NCBI RefSeq assembly: GCF_009914755.1
Contig: NC_060931.1
Length of the DNA: 64,000 nt
From: the human T2T-CHM13v2.0 reference genome, Homo sapiens
Strand: one strand, 5' to 3'
The notes under the pieces: generated by a model
Databases searched by the model: none
What the model was told of the DNA's origin: nothing
What the model saw: only the letters and a program-made list of their open reading frames with translations
Shown: positions 44,009-64,000 of the stretch, piece by piece
Layout of the letters: every line of letters starts with the position of its first letter
Numbering within the stretch: position 1 is the stretch's first letter
Position numbers and translations under genes: made by a program

Positions 44009-44213
44009 AGAGATAACTAGCTGAGACTTCAGTATCTAGCTTATAGGCTGCTTCAGCCTTCAAGCACAGCTTAATTATATGTATTACTGGGGAAGATCCT
44101 TTTCTGGAAAGAGGCAACATTTTAAGACCATTCAAGATTAACCTTTACTTGAGCAAAAAGAAATGTTTCTACTTTCAAATGCTTTTTGGTAAAAATCTTT
44201 AAAAAATAATAAA

Positions 44214-45971
<1,758 letters not shown>

Positions 45972-46659
45972 AATAATAAATTATTTCTCTGATTTGTTTA
46001 AAAAAAATCACTGTATTCCTTGGCTGCAGCACAGCAGCAAATGTAGCTAGTATAAGAACTACTTATCCTGGGTCCCAAAATATAGTTGCTTGAAAAAGTC
46101 TATATTGCGACCTTAATTTTTAGTGCTTTGCCTCTTTGGGAACTCCAGTGTGAAGAGAGGTATGCACAACCTCACGGTCCTCAGGTTGTTATCACATGGC
46201 CGAACACTTTACAACATGAATTCATGAATTATGTAGTTAATTATTACATCAAAGAAGATCTCGCCGCACTTATCACAAACACTCTTAGTTATAGCCCCAC
46301 AACCTTAATTGTTATTGCCAAGAATTTCTTTCCATCCACTCTTCCTATTTTGCAAACTACAATTACAGAGGAGGTATGAATGAAAAGTTTTCTGTATCAT
46401 TCCAAAAATATGTTAAGATGTTCTGAAAAGTTCTGATTCCTTGATCTACGAGTGACTTAGCAACATGATTAGATGAGACAAAACCCATAGCTACACATCT
46501 TTCTCTAGAAGTCTTAATGTCGACTCTTGACAAAATTTCAGATCCATTCAAAATTTCAAATACGTTAAAATAAAAAAATTAACACTCTAATGTTGAGATT
46601 GAGTAGACTATACAAAGCCTTCCTTAAAGATTACATTTTTTGCATTTTCTAGTTTTCAT

Positions 46660-46932
46660 TCATTGCAAGCATGTTTGTAATTGCTCAGTGAATGGCTAAT
46701 TTCAAATCTGTACCAGGTAATTCTCACATCTCTGTCATCTCACGGCTGACACCTATTGATTTTCTTTCTTTTTCTTTCATTCACTTTGAGATCTTCCTGG
46801 TCCTTGACATTGTGAGTGACTCTTGGTTGAAACCTAGACATTTTAGATATTATTTTATGAGACTACGGATCCTCTGCTGGTTGAAACCTAGACATTTAAG
46901 ATATTATTTTGTAAGACTATGGATCTGCTGCT
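46660..46932 (-). mobile_element. Probable HAL1/ancient L1-related remnant ending in a 54-bp tandem duplication (46824-46931)
   Basis: Duplicated unit tggttgaaacctagacattt.agatattatttt.t.agacta.ggatc is read directly; the family call is from memory. Confidence 0.45.
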
Positions 46933-48656
46933 GTCATCCTCTCTCTGCTTTTCTTTTTCTTCTCCACTTACTCCTACCCCTTTAATCCAGTGCTCAAGTA
47001 GGACCAGGGAAACATTAAAAGTTGGCCCACAGATGGAAGGAACATTGTACTTCATGTGTCACATTTAAATTCTCCAGGAAGAAAGGGCTTGTCAATAAAG
47101 TGTCTTTTTAAGTCACAGATGGCAGTAAGGCTGTGCTACTCCCACCTTTTCTTTCTATTCATTGTCTCCTAATGTCATTTATTTTCTGAAGTATCTAAGT
47201 AGCACCACCACTATCCAAGACTGACATTCTCCATTTATATTCAATCATAACTCACTAGTGAAGATTAATTGGGGAGGAGACAAGTCTGAATTAGAAATCA
47301 CCAAAGTAGTATTTTAAAAGAAGTGCAGATTTATTGCATTCAATTCTAGACCTAATTCAGAGACATGGCTAGAACTGTTACGAAGGAAATGTCTTAAACG
47401 GCCTGATTTAAAGCATAGAGACAACCCATTTGTACATTAGTAGAAAGTAATGTGTTTTAAATCTTTAACAATGGTTTTCTTGAGTAGATTAACTACCGCT
47501 TTAAAAATCCTATTTATTTATCTCCTACACTAAGTAAATTTCAACACAACCCTTTTCTGAATTTTCACAAATACTACAGGAGAGGAATCTAAATTAGAAG
47601 CTCGATTATATATGTTATTTCTGTTTAAAAGGCACTAATTAAGCTACTTTGCCCTGTGAGCACTAGAATTTGGGTTGGCACAGTCATTTCATAATCTGAA
47701 CTCTAACACAATTATTTCTGGATGAACCATTGCCATAAAATTTAACAGGCTATATTAGCTGTTGGTTGGCATTGATGATCTATAAATACTAACCTTTATC
47801 TCTTGATATTTTTTCTCATTCTTTTTTATGGTTAATTTAGAATTTCACTGATTAGGCATTTGCTTATATAAAGTGCTTTGTTAAGACTCAAAACATTTTT
47901 AAGCATGTTTATGCTGCAAAGTGAATGAGTGTTGCAAAGTTTGACTTAGTGTAGAAAGATTGTAAGACTAGAAGTTACTTTTAGAAAACCTAAACTATCT
48001 TGTAGAAAAATTATCTCACGGTTTTTAAAAATGGCGTTCAAAATTCAGAGAGAACAATTCAAGCTTGTTGCTAGTGGAAAGTTAACAGTGGTTTAGATCA
48101 GTTGTACACACTGTGCAAGATGTTTATGTGCTGACAGCTTGTGTGCCTACCTCCACATCAATTCGGCCATTATACCAGCTAATTCTTCTATCTAGGATTC
48201 ATAACATAAAAATGTGCTTCCTCTTTCTGAGGGAAAGTTGACTATGGGTAGAGAAGAGTTGCCGTTATTTCACCTTGAAGAATAACAATATAAGCTCATG
48301 TGCAATGAAATAGCAGACTTATTGGAAATGATTACTAGCTTCTTGAAAGCAAAGAAGTATATATTTTTTAACTTCATAAGGATTTAGAAGTTGATCATTC
48401 ATCATCCCCTTCTGCACTCTGAGTGCTGAACCAACTGAAAAAGAGATGGAAGCAAGTGTCAGACAGAAATCAAAACAGTAGCTCAGACTGTGTTTCTCTT
48501 GTGACATAGGCCCTTCAAACCCTACTTTTTGAAAGAGTGGCTAGGATACATGAAGTCATTACAGTATCAACTGCATACCCACAACATTTAGAAAATATAA
48601 AACTCCCCAGCCCCTACTTCAAGGTTATGTTCTCAGAACCAGATATATAGTGCAGT

Positions 48657-49195
48657 CTAGCCCTGCATCATCCAGCACAGTGGTTCCTAGCCACATGTGA
48701 CTGTTGAGCACTCGTAATATGGCTACTGTGACAGAGGAATTGAATTTTCATTGTGTTTTAATTAATTTAAAATTATATTTAAAAACTGATTCTCAATTCA
48801 CTATTGGAAGACTTTGAAGTCTACTTGAAACAATTTCAGGTATGTGCATCTACTTTTTCAACCATAAGCTACATGGAACCTAAGTATAAATTAGTTATTT
48901 CTAATTAGAATAATTAATTCCATTAAAATGAAAAGGCCAAATTGAGATATGCTCTCAGTACAAAATACATAAGAATTTTGAAGACACCGCCCAAGAAAGA
49001 GAATATAAAATAGCCCATTTATAATTGTTTACATGTTGAAAGAATTGTATTTTGGATATACAGGATTAAATAAAACACGAAAATTGACTTTTAAAAATTC
49101 ATCTGTTTCTTTTTACTTCTTTAACACGATTACTAGAAAATGTTTAATTACATATGCGGCTCACATTGTATTTCTATTAGACTCACTCTACTAGA
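48657..49195. mobile_element. hAT-Charlie DNA transposon relic (Charlie1/MER33-like)
   Basis: ctagccacatgtgactgttgagcact, ccaaattgagatatgct, aattacatatgcggctcacattgtatttctatt. Confidence 0.75.
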
Positions 49196-49546
49196 GTGTG
49201 ATGTAGATTCACCCTCTAGTTGGTGTGTAAAAGTCATGGTGGAGATTTCATTGTATCTAGGGGAAGAAGAACAAACTAATGAAGGGGGAGAAGGAGAAAA
49301 CCTTCTGACTCCCAGGAAGCCAACTGGTCTGGGCCAGTTTGTGTCTCTGCATGACTTCTGAGCCTGAACTTAAGTGGAAGAAATCTCCCACCAAGAAGTT
49401 ACTTACATTGCCAGGTGTTTGTTTCTTCTCAGACCTAGGATTACTGAGCTCTGAGTGTCATCTTACCTGGATGCTTCTTCTCCTACTCTTGTTTATTAAA
49501 AGCTGTTACTTCTCTAGGCTTTGATTAACATTAACTATTAAAATTA

Positions 49547-49744
<198 letters not shown>

Positions 49745-52140
49745 CTATTTTCCTATTGCAACATAATTCAGCTTTCCCTGGGTAGCCATTCCTTAATCCT
49801 AGGTGAGAAAAAATATATATTAAAGATGAAACATCTACTAATGCCCAGCCCTGCAAAAAACTTATACTCCCATTTCTGGTGGAGGCAACATTGAAGGTTG
49901 GCTCTCTGGTGTCTAAAAAGATGTTCTGCCCATGTCGATTTGAACACCTATTTTTTGTAAAAGGCCTTGCCCTTTCCACATGGACTATGAAGGACCCACA
50001 GAAGTGAAACTGTGTCCCCAGTCTAAACTCCCTGGGAGAACCTCTCCTGACTCAATAAAGAATTGGTTTTTCTGCCCAAGAACAGAGCTCTGCTTGATTA
50101 GTTTGAGGTCGAGGAGACCACCTGGATCACCAAGATAAATGCTTTTTCTTGCTAACCCAACGCAGAAACAGGTACATTTCTCAGTTCTTCAACCGGCCGA
50201 CCCTGCTGCCTCCTGGAGCCCATATAGGGTTTCTTGTTCAGCCATAGTTCTAGACCTTGGCTGCATTTTGGAATCACCTTTCTAGTCTCGAGCATAAAAT
50301 AAGGCCCAGAGCCCAGGCCAGACTCACTACATGAGCATTTTCAGCTACTAAGGAGAACTTGAAGAAAAGAAATTGGCCAAGCAGCGGACTCATGTGTGCC
50401 CTGGCACTTTTCCTATCTCACTAATCGCCCTTCTCATATCATAACTCACCCTTCTCATGAAAAAATAGAATGAATAAATGTGGACGGGGAAATGCCGAAA
50501 CACCCTCCTCATAACTTGCACACGAATCCTCCTCTATGTTCGAAGGCAGGGAAAGAGAGAAAATGGTACCAAAGATAGCCTGTGTGCAGTACTTGAGGCA
50601 AGGCTTTGCATGTTTCAAGCGCCCAATACTTATCTGTTGACACAAAGAGTGCCGTAATTATGTTAGAATTAGTTTGGCTTTTTTTTTTTTTTCTGCTCTA
50701 GAAACATTTTGTTCGTATAAGTCAAAAATTAGAAAGAAAGTTTGGAATTTAATTTCTTATCAGGCAATAGCCAAGGGAAAATATTTCTGTTAAAGGAGTA
50801 ATCATACAGAACAGCTAAAATTCCAGGAATAATAAAACTCAGGAAATTTTGGGGGGAGTGGGGTGGTTAGGTTTTGGAAAATATTTGTCAGTAATATTTG
50901 AAAATCCAGATCTTCCTTAAAAGTCTACAGATTTGAGTGTACCCCTCACCCAAGGAAATCTGTCTCAAGAGACAGAATCAGTCCATTTTTCAGGGTTCCC
51001 CAGGAAAGTTTGTCACAGCCAGACATAAATGTGATGAAAGGCAGGAAAGGGAGAGACAGAGGCTGGGACAAAGAAGATGACAGACTTTATTGGTAACATT
51101 AGGCCAGAATGATAACCATAACCCAGGCTGTGTTTTCAAAGTTGTTGTTGTAAACTAAATGTTTTGGTATATTTGTCAGAACTTTTTATCTTGGTTAGTT
51201 TAATTAAAATAAAGTCGGTAGCCAAAATAAAATTATGTAAAGGTTAATCAGGATGTTTCCTGTATTTTTTGACATAAACCAAATTAAGTAGTTATTTTTC
51301 TAACACATGGAATTCTTACATTTGTCTCCGTGCAAGATGTATGTTAATGTTAGTTGTTTTACTACATTTGAAATTCAGTCTTTTAAAATGGGTTTTCTCT
51401 GTTCTCCTCCAAGGCTATTTGAGCATCTAAATATCTACATATTACATGGCTGTTGGCAAAAGTTTTCAAATGCTATTCACTCAATTTGAAAAAAATTTGC
51501 ACTTCTTATAAAGCTAGTATGAATGTGACTCTAAAATCTCACCAATTGGCACTAATCAGGTTCATCATCAAAATAAACCTGATAAATATTAAAACTAAAT
51601 TGTTGAGTTGGTTTTGTAATGTCAGGATTTTCAAGACAACAAATGGCCAAGAACTTGGCGTCAGAGGAAGTCCTGCTTTCGGTTGATTCTTGATGCTGAT
51701 TGAGAACAGGCCTCCTAAGCACTGATGGGAATATTTGCCTCTAAGAAGTACAGCCCATTTACCATTTAGAAGCTAAAGTTCAGAAATAAAACTCTGACAC
51801 AACAAAATATCAATAAAGCCAGATAGAGCACTAGAAAAATTCGTAAATCTCTAATATGAATATACATCTCTAATACAAATTACATTCAAGCAACAGTGAT
51901 TTGCCTCGGCTGCAAGTAATTATGTACCTATTGTTAAAATAGTGTGAGTCACAGCAAGAACATGGACAATATCAATTCCCTTCAGAGACTGGACTCTGTG
52001 AAGCCTTTCCAGTTCTAACTACACAGTACGATCTTTTTAAAACTATCAGCTTTGCACTCATTTCAGACCCAAGTATGTTGAACTGGATGAGGTATTACTT
52101 TCAAGGACAAGGACTGGACGTTAATCAAAATGAAAATACT

Positions 52141-52436
52141 CTTTTTTTCTTTTTTGAGATGGAGTCTCACTCTGTTGCCCAGGCTAGAGTGCAGTGGCGT
52201 GATCTTGGCTTACTGCAACCTCCACCTCCTGGGTGCAAGCAATTCTCTGCCTCAGCCTCCTGAGTATCTGGGATGACAGGCGCCTGCCACCATGCCCAGC
52301 TAACTTTTGTATTCTTAGTAGAGACAGGGTTTCATCATACTGGCCAGGCTGGTCTCCAATTCCTGACCTCAGGTGATCCGCCTGCCTCGGCCTCCCAAAG
52401 TGCTGGGATGACAGGCGTAAGCCACTGCGCCCGGCC
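52141..52436 (-). mobile_element. AluS(x)-type SINE with perfect 19-bp TSD
   Basis: Full reverse Alu; TSD taatcaaaatgaaaatact at 52122-52140 and 52437-52455. Confidence 0.96.
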
Positions 52437-52565
52437 TAATCAAAATGAAAATACTTTCAACATGGAAATAAAGCTTTCCAGTGCTAAAGCTTCTGTTTTC
52501 TTAGAGCAAAAGAGCTCCACTAAGAAGAAAACTGAATGTTATTGAGATGTTGTTTAATAAGTTCC

Positions 52566-53020
52566 TGGTATGTAGATTGAATTGTGTCACTGCCAAAGAA
52601 GATAGGTTGAATTCTTAACTCCTGGAATCTGTGAATGTGACCTTATTTGGGAGTTGCAGATGTAATCAAGTTCGGATGAGGTCATACTGAAGTAAAGTGG
52701 GCCCTAATTCAATGACTGGTATCCTCATAAGAAAGACATGTAGACATAGCCACACAGGGAGGGCGCCAGGTGAGGACAAAGTTAGAGTCTAAAAGCTACG
52801 TGTACAAGCCAAGAGGAATTAAGGATTGCTGGCAACTACCAGGAACTAGTAAGATGCATGGAAATATTCTCCCCTAGAGACTTCAGAGAGAGAGCACAGC
52901 CCTGCTGGCACCTGCATTTTGGACTTTTAGTCTCCAGAACTGTGAGAAAATTAAGTTATTTTGTTTGAAGCTACCCAGTTTATGGTAATTTGTTTCGGCA
53001 ACCCTGGGAAACTTCTATAT
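52566..53020 (+). mobile_element. MaLR solo LTR (MLT1B/C-like)
   Basis: ttgaattgtgtc, ctgtgaatgtgaccttatttgg, gggccctaattcaatgactggtatcc, tccagaactgtgagaaaat, gcaaccctgggaaact. Confidence 0.85.
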
Positions 53021-54013
53021 AAGGCTATGTCAGAACTCCTCTTATCTCTTAGGAAACCAAAGTTCTATCCTTAAGCGAATATAAGATGTAAGTTCACAGA
53101 TAACTCAGAATGTCCTCCCGCTTCTCAAGAACTAGTCCTGGGTTTGCATTAGCCTTATAAATGCCCTAAGATGATTTTTTCAAGCATATGTTACCAAGAA
53201 GTAGGGAAGTTTCAGCATTAACAATACATAGCTTCGTAACAATTAGCCATCTGTTTATAATGCTGTTAGGGATCGACAGCATCTCAATGGAAGCAGGGAA
53301 AACAACAGAAATATCATATCTGCCAAGTTCTAGTCATCTGTTATGTTACATAGTAATTTGTCATCTCATGAGATCACCAAGGAGAGAAAAAAGCCATGCC
53401 GTGCTACAAAATAAACTCTGTAAAGCAGGTAGTTTAATAGCAAATTAATGATGTGCTGACAAGATCAAGACCAAAAAAAAAAAAAAATGTCATATTTTCT
53501 GCAGTGCAGCTAATAATGCAAGTTTGTAAGCTGTCTCACAAGAAGGTAGTATTTATTTTTTCCAAGGAGCTATTTGAAAACCAGAGAGTAACATATTTTA
53601 AGACGGTTTTCCTCAATGTCAGTTTATTTTAAATATTACTAGAGTTCAGATATTATCTTGCTATCACTCTTAATATCCATCTTAATTATGGGAGTCCCTG
53701 TGGTAAAGTCTAACCTCTTTCAATCTCATCTCTTGACTTGATGATTCATTTCAAAGAATGTGTTAGTACAATGGGGCTTCTTCTCAAGAGCAAAGTAACT
53801 TTGAATAAAATTTACAAAAGTAAAAGAAATAAAGCAGATGGCAAATATTGCCCACAGAATTGGTTATAGTATCATTATCCATTAAGAAATGAATTTTGTA
53901 CAATAGATGATATAGGTCTTACTTATCTGTCTCTCATAAATATGTATATATGCAATATTAAGATAGATATAGTGATATTGCAAACTGGCAATAAAAAAGG
54001 TGGCTTTAATATT

Positions 54014-54632
54014 TCGTATGGTTTGGCTCTGTGTCCACACCCAAATCTCATCCTGAATTGTAATTTCCATGTGTCAAGGGAGGGACCTGGTGGGAGGTGA
54101 TTGGGTCATGGGGGCGGTTTCCCCCATGCTGTTCTCAGGATGGTGAGTGAGTTCTCACAAAATCTAATACTTTGAAGGGATTTGGAGACTGGGTGCAGTG
54201 GCTCATGCCTGTAATCTCAACACTTTGGAAGGCCGAGGTGGGCAGATCACCTGAGGTCAGGAGTTTGAGACCAGCCTGAACAACATGCTGAAACCCCATC
54301 TCTACTAAAAATACAAAAATTAGCTGGGCACGGTGGTTTGCGCCTGTAATCCCAGTGTTCAGGAGGCTGAGGCAGAAGAATCGTTTGGACCAAGGAGGTG
54401 GAGATTGCAGTGAGCAGAGAACACACCACTGCACTCCAACCTGGGCAACAGAGTGAGACTCCGTCTCAACAACAACAAAAAAAATTAGCCATGTGTGGTG
54501 GTGGGTGTCTATAATCCCAGCTACTCGGGAAGCTGAGGCATGAGAATCACTTGAACCCAGGACGCAGAGGTTGTGGTGAGCCGAGATCACACCACTGCAC
54601 TCCAGCCTAGGCAACAGAGTGAGACTCTGTCT

Positions 54633-54665
<33 letters not shown>

Positions 54666-54867
54666 GTTTGGCAGTTTCCTCCTTGCTCTCTCTCTCTCTT
54701 TCCTGCCACCATGTAAGACATGCCTTGATTCCCCTTCTACTTCTGCCATGACTGTAAATTTCCTGAGGCCTCCTCAGCCATGAGGAACTGGGAGTCAACT
54801 AAACCTCTTTCTTTATAAATTACCGAGTCTCAGGTCATTCATGGCAGTGTGAAAATGCACTAATACA
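54014..54867 (+). mobile_element. MaLR solo LTR (MSTA/THE1D-like) with 5-bp TSD atatt, interrupted by an Alu
   Basis: tatggtttggctctgtgtcc.cacccaaatctc ... gcagtgtgaaaatgcactaataca; atatt at 54009-54013 and 54868-54872. Confidence 0.9.
54188..54663 (+). mobile_element. Trimeric Alu (left-right-right monomers), AluS-type
   Basis: Complete Alu to about 54480, then directly ttagccatgtgtggtgg...gagactctgtctc(A)n, a second right monomer. Confidence 0.9.
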
Positions 54868-55787
54868 ATATTTGGAAACTCTATGCAACAATACAGGGTT
54901 CATATATTGTCCAGCCTGAATTAAAGTGCTATGTGTTATCTCTCCTATCAAACTATCTTTAAGATGATGACAAAGGGATTTCAGGTGACAACTTGGAATG
55001 AAAGATACTGACCCACTGTTTGCTTTCCTGTAGCTTTTCCTCAAGTGGATAAAAACAATTACAGCTTTTTTTCACTAGTCTACTAAATTGAACTCTTAAT
55101 ATCACCCCAGCTGCTTTTCTTGTAGGTGTTCCTTTCTATGTCAACCACACTTCTGTTTGTGATAAGGATTTTCACCTCATCTGATGAAAAGAGCAGTCTA
55201 CTGTGAGAAAGAACTAAGCTTCTACTCCCAAAGCACAAGCAGTTTCTGTCAAAGCAGGAATACAAATATGGTCCCTTGGAACCTAGCCCATTGCCTTTCC
55301 AACATAATGGTGGTTATTGAGCCATCAGACCATGCTTTCAGCAGATACTTGAACTTCCACTGTGTATGAATCATTATATTAGTGTAATAGAGCTGTAGAG
55401 ATAAATAAGACCTAGCCCATGCTTATAAATGCCTCATAACACAAAGGACAGAGAAATTATGCATAAATAAATGCAAAATAAATGCAGATAAATCTCCATG
55501 GCTGTTCAGTTACACAGGCATCCAACACATCCATTGAGTATTTACCACATACCAACTTTGTCCTAAAGACTGATGATGACACAAATTGAACCAGATTTAG
55601 GCAACCACCAATCTCACAAAGTTTGCAATCTAATTAGAAGAGAAAAGAATTTAAAACAGCCATTGCATTATAGAATCATTAATGCAATGAAAGGAAGATT
55701 CCCAAGTACTAAGAGAAGGCAACGCTGGGACACCTAGCCTAATCTAAAGGGCCCAAAATAAATATCCTTAAAGTGGCATATAAATTA

Positions 55788-56150
<363 letters not shown>

Positions 56151-56695
56151 CTATAATCTAATCACCGATGAAACAGTATTCCAGCAAACCACTTCAAGGA
56201 AGCTTTGAAAACCGACCACATCCTTTTGGCCTGTCCATCATCAAAAAAGATAATAGCCCGACAAACCATGGGTTATAAAATGCCTGACACATAACTGTGA
56301 TTACAGCATTAGAGGTTTAAAATGCAACTAGGAAAACTTGAAAATATAAGCACCAATTTCAAATCACTAGTCATTTGCATCAATTTCAACCATTCCCCCG
56401 TACTCCTCCAAGCATTCTATTTGGCTTGTGTCGTATCCAAGACCATCCGAAATCACAGAATAAATTTCCTATAACATGCATCTTTCGTGTGCATAATAAT
56501 GCATACTAACAATTTACAATTTGTTATAATGTCCTATAATGTACTTCTTTATTGCATCTGTGTGACTAAAGAGGGCAGTCGGGAGAAAATCTAATAGGAG
56601 AACTTCCTAGGGTTGAGGTTCTTCAGCTTAAAATCTTTATAACTGGGACCCCTTACATTAGCACTCAGCTTTGGCCAGTATGTCTGAGACCACTC

Positions 56696-56747
56696 ATATA
56701 TATATACATATATATACACACACACATATACACATACACACACATAT
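56696..56747. repeat. (TA)n/(CA)n microsatellite
   Basis: Read directly. Confidence 0.9.
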
Positions 56748-56997
56748 GATTGTTTTGTCATTGTACCTTGTAAAAAGGTATTTGTTACTAAAATGATAAA
56801 AGGAAGTGAACTTTAAAAAATACATGTCTTATTACTGTCATTTGGAGTATTCCTCAAACCACTGATTGTATATGATATAGCTACCTCTAGGAATTCAAGC
56901 TCAAGTTATTCACAACACTAAAGATACAAACTGATTTCCAAAGGTATTATCCAAGAAATTAACCGTTTATAAGGGAAGCAAAGTATCTTTCCATTTC

Positions 56998-63185
<6,188 letters not shown>

Positions 63186-64000
63186 TATCTTTCCATTTCA
63201 ATGCAGCCACTTTAGCAGTTCTCTTAAAGCTGAAAATATATAGAAAAAGATAAAACCTTTCAACAGCTACAGTGATCCTGAAGTAAATTACTGTGTATAT
63301 GACACAGTGCATTATCAAATTGTTGCTGCATCAGCATGTCATTTTCAAAATGAAAACAAGTCTATTAAAGTGCATATCGAAGGTATAAAGTAGGATGATA
63401 GTGTATAGTTTGATCATGAGATATTGCTTGCAGTGTAAGTTTCATAGAAGAAAAATGGTTTGAGAAAATGGATCAAAGGGAAATCTCCAAGTTGACAACA
63501 ATGTGTTAAGAGAATGAGAATTTCAAAGTACAACTACTGAAAAAGCCAAATTTATGCAGACAAAGTGAAAAAGAAATGAATCAACCCTGGAAGAGGGAGA
63601 ATCAGCACATCACCGTCAAGGAAAACAAGTACAAGAATAAATGGATGTTAATTTCAGCTCACAAGACAGTAGTAATTTCAAAATAACTAAGGAAGGGAAG
63701 TGAAAAAATAAACTGCAGTGTCATAACTGACTCTTGATCCGGAGGGATGTACAAGTGTCCCTGAATAATGACTGTAGTTGTGGTTTTGCTTTTCTAGCCT
63801 CCTTGCTTGATAAAAAAAGCCTATGGAATGATGTAAAACATAAATTGCAGATAATAAGTTTGTGCCAAGGATTGGCTGGTTTAGCTCAATTTCATATCAA
63901 CTTACAATTTAACCTAGAGTATTTTACATCATCTCATCAGTTTATCCATTTAAATTGATTATCTTGATCTTCTTTTATTTTTTAAGATCATCCAGTAAAT

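Noticed and set aside
46086-46379. 97-aa ORF in non-repeat DNA
   Set aside because: TTG start, no motif or splice support; length is within chance expectation
54135-54749. 204-aa ORF and similar ORFs at 5144, 11756, 20967, 52075-52545 and 55785
   Set aside because: Antisense Alu translations (poly-[12 protein letters not shown]), a well-known artefact

Overview
Repeat-dense, AT-rich human genomic DNA (intergenic or deep intronic). It carries AluY copies and an L1 with human-specific diagnostic bases. I found no recognisable cellular protein-coding gene: the only long ORFs with recognisable products are broken LINE-1 ORF1/ORF2 pieces, and most other ORFs are Alu, LTR or chance frames. Main contents: (i) a full-length, TSD-flanked pre-Ta L1HS (36608-42671, minus) with dead ORF1/ORF2 but an intact ORF0; (ii) a full-length L1PA6-like element (56998-63185, minus) whose ORF0 frame reads out of the element as a 168-aa ORF; (iii) a 5'-truncated L1PA5/6 copy, older L1M/L1PB, L2 and MIR remnants, seven Alu loci, several MaLR solo LTRs and DNA-transposon relics; (iv) a U6/L1 chimeric retrocopy and a 3'-truncated 5S rRNA pseudogene; (v) an AT-rich local duplication with a palindromic spacer. 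The most unusual object is a single provirus (31143-33375) bounded by one 5-bp TSD but built from an ERV-L MLT2A 5' LTR plus a THE1 internal region and THE1 3' LTR, with the switch at the primer-binding site. This fits co-packaging of non-autonomous THE1 RNA with HERV-L RNA and intermolecular plus-strand transfer. Subfamily calls come from remembered consensus motifs, not from a database search, and boundaries of old repeats are approximate.
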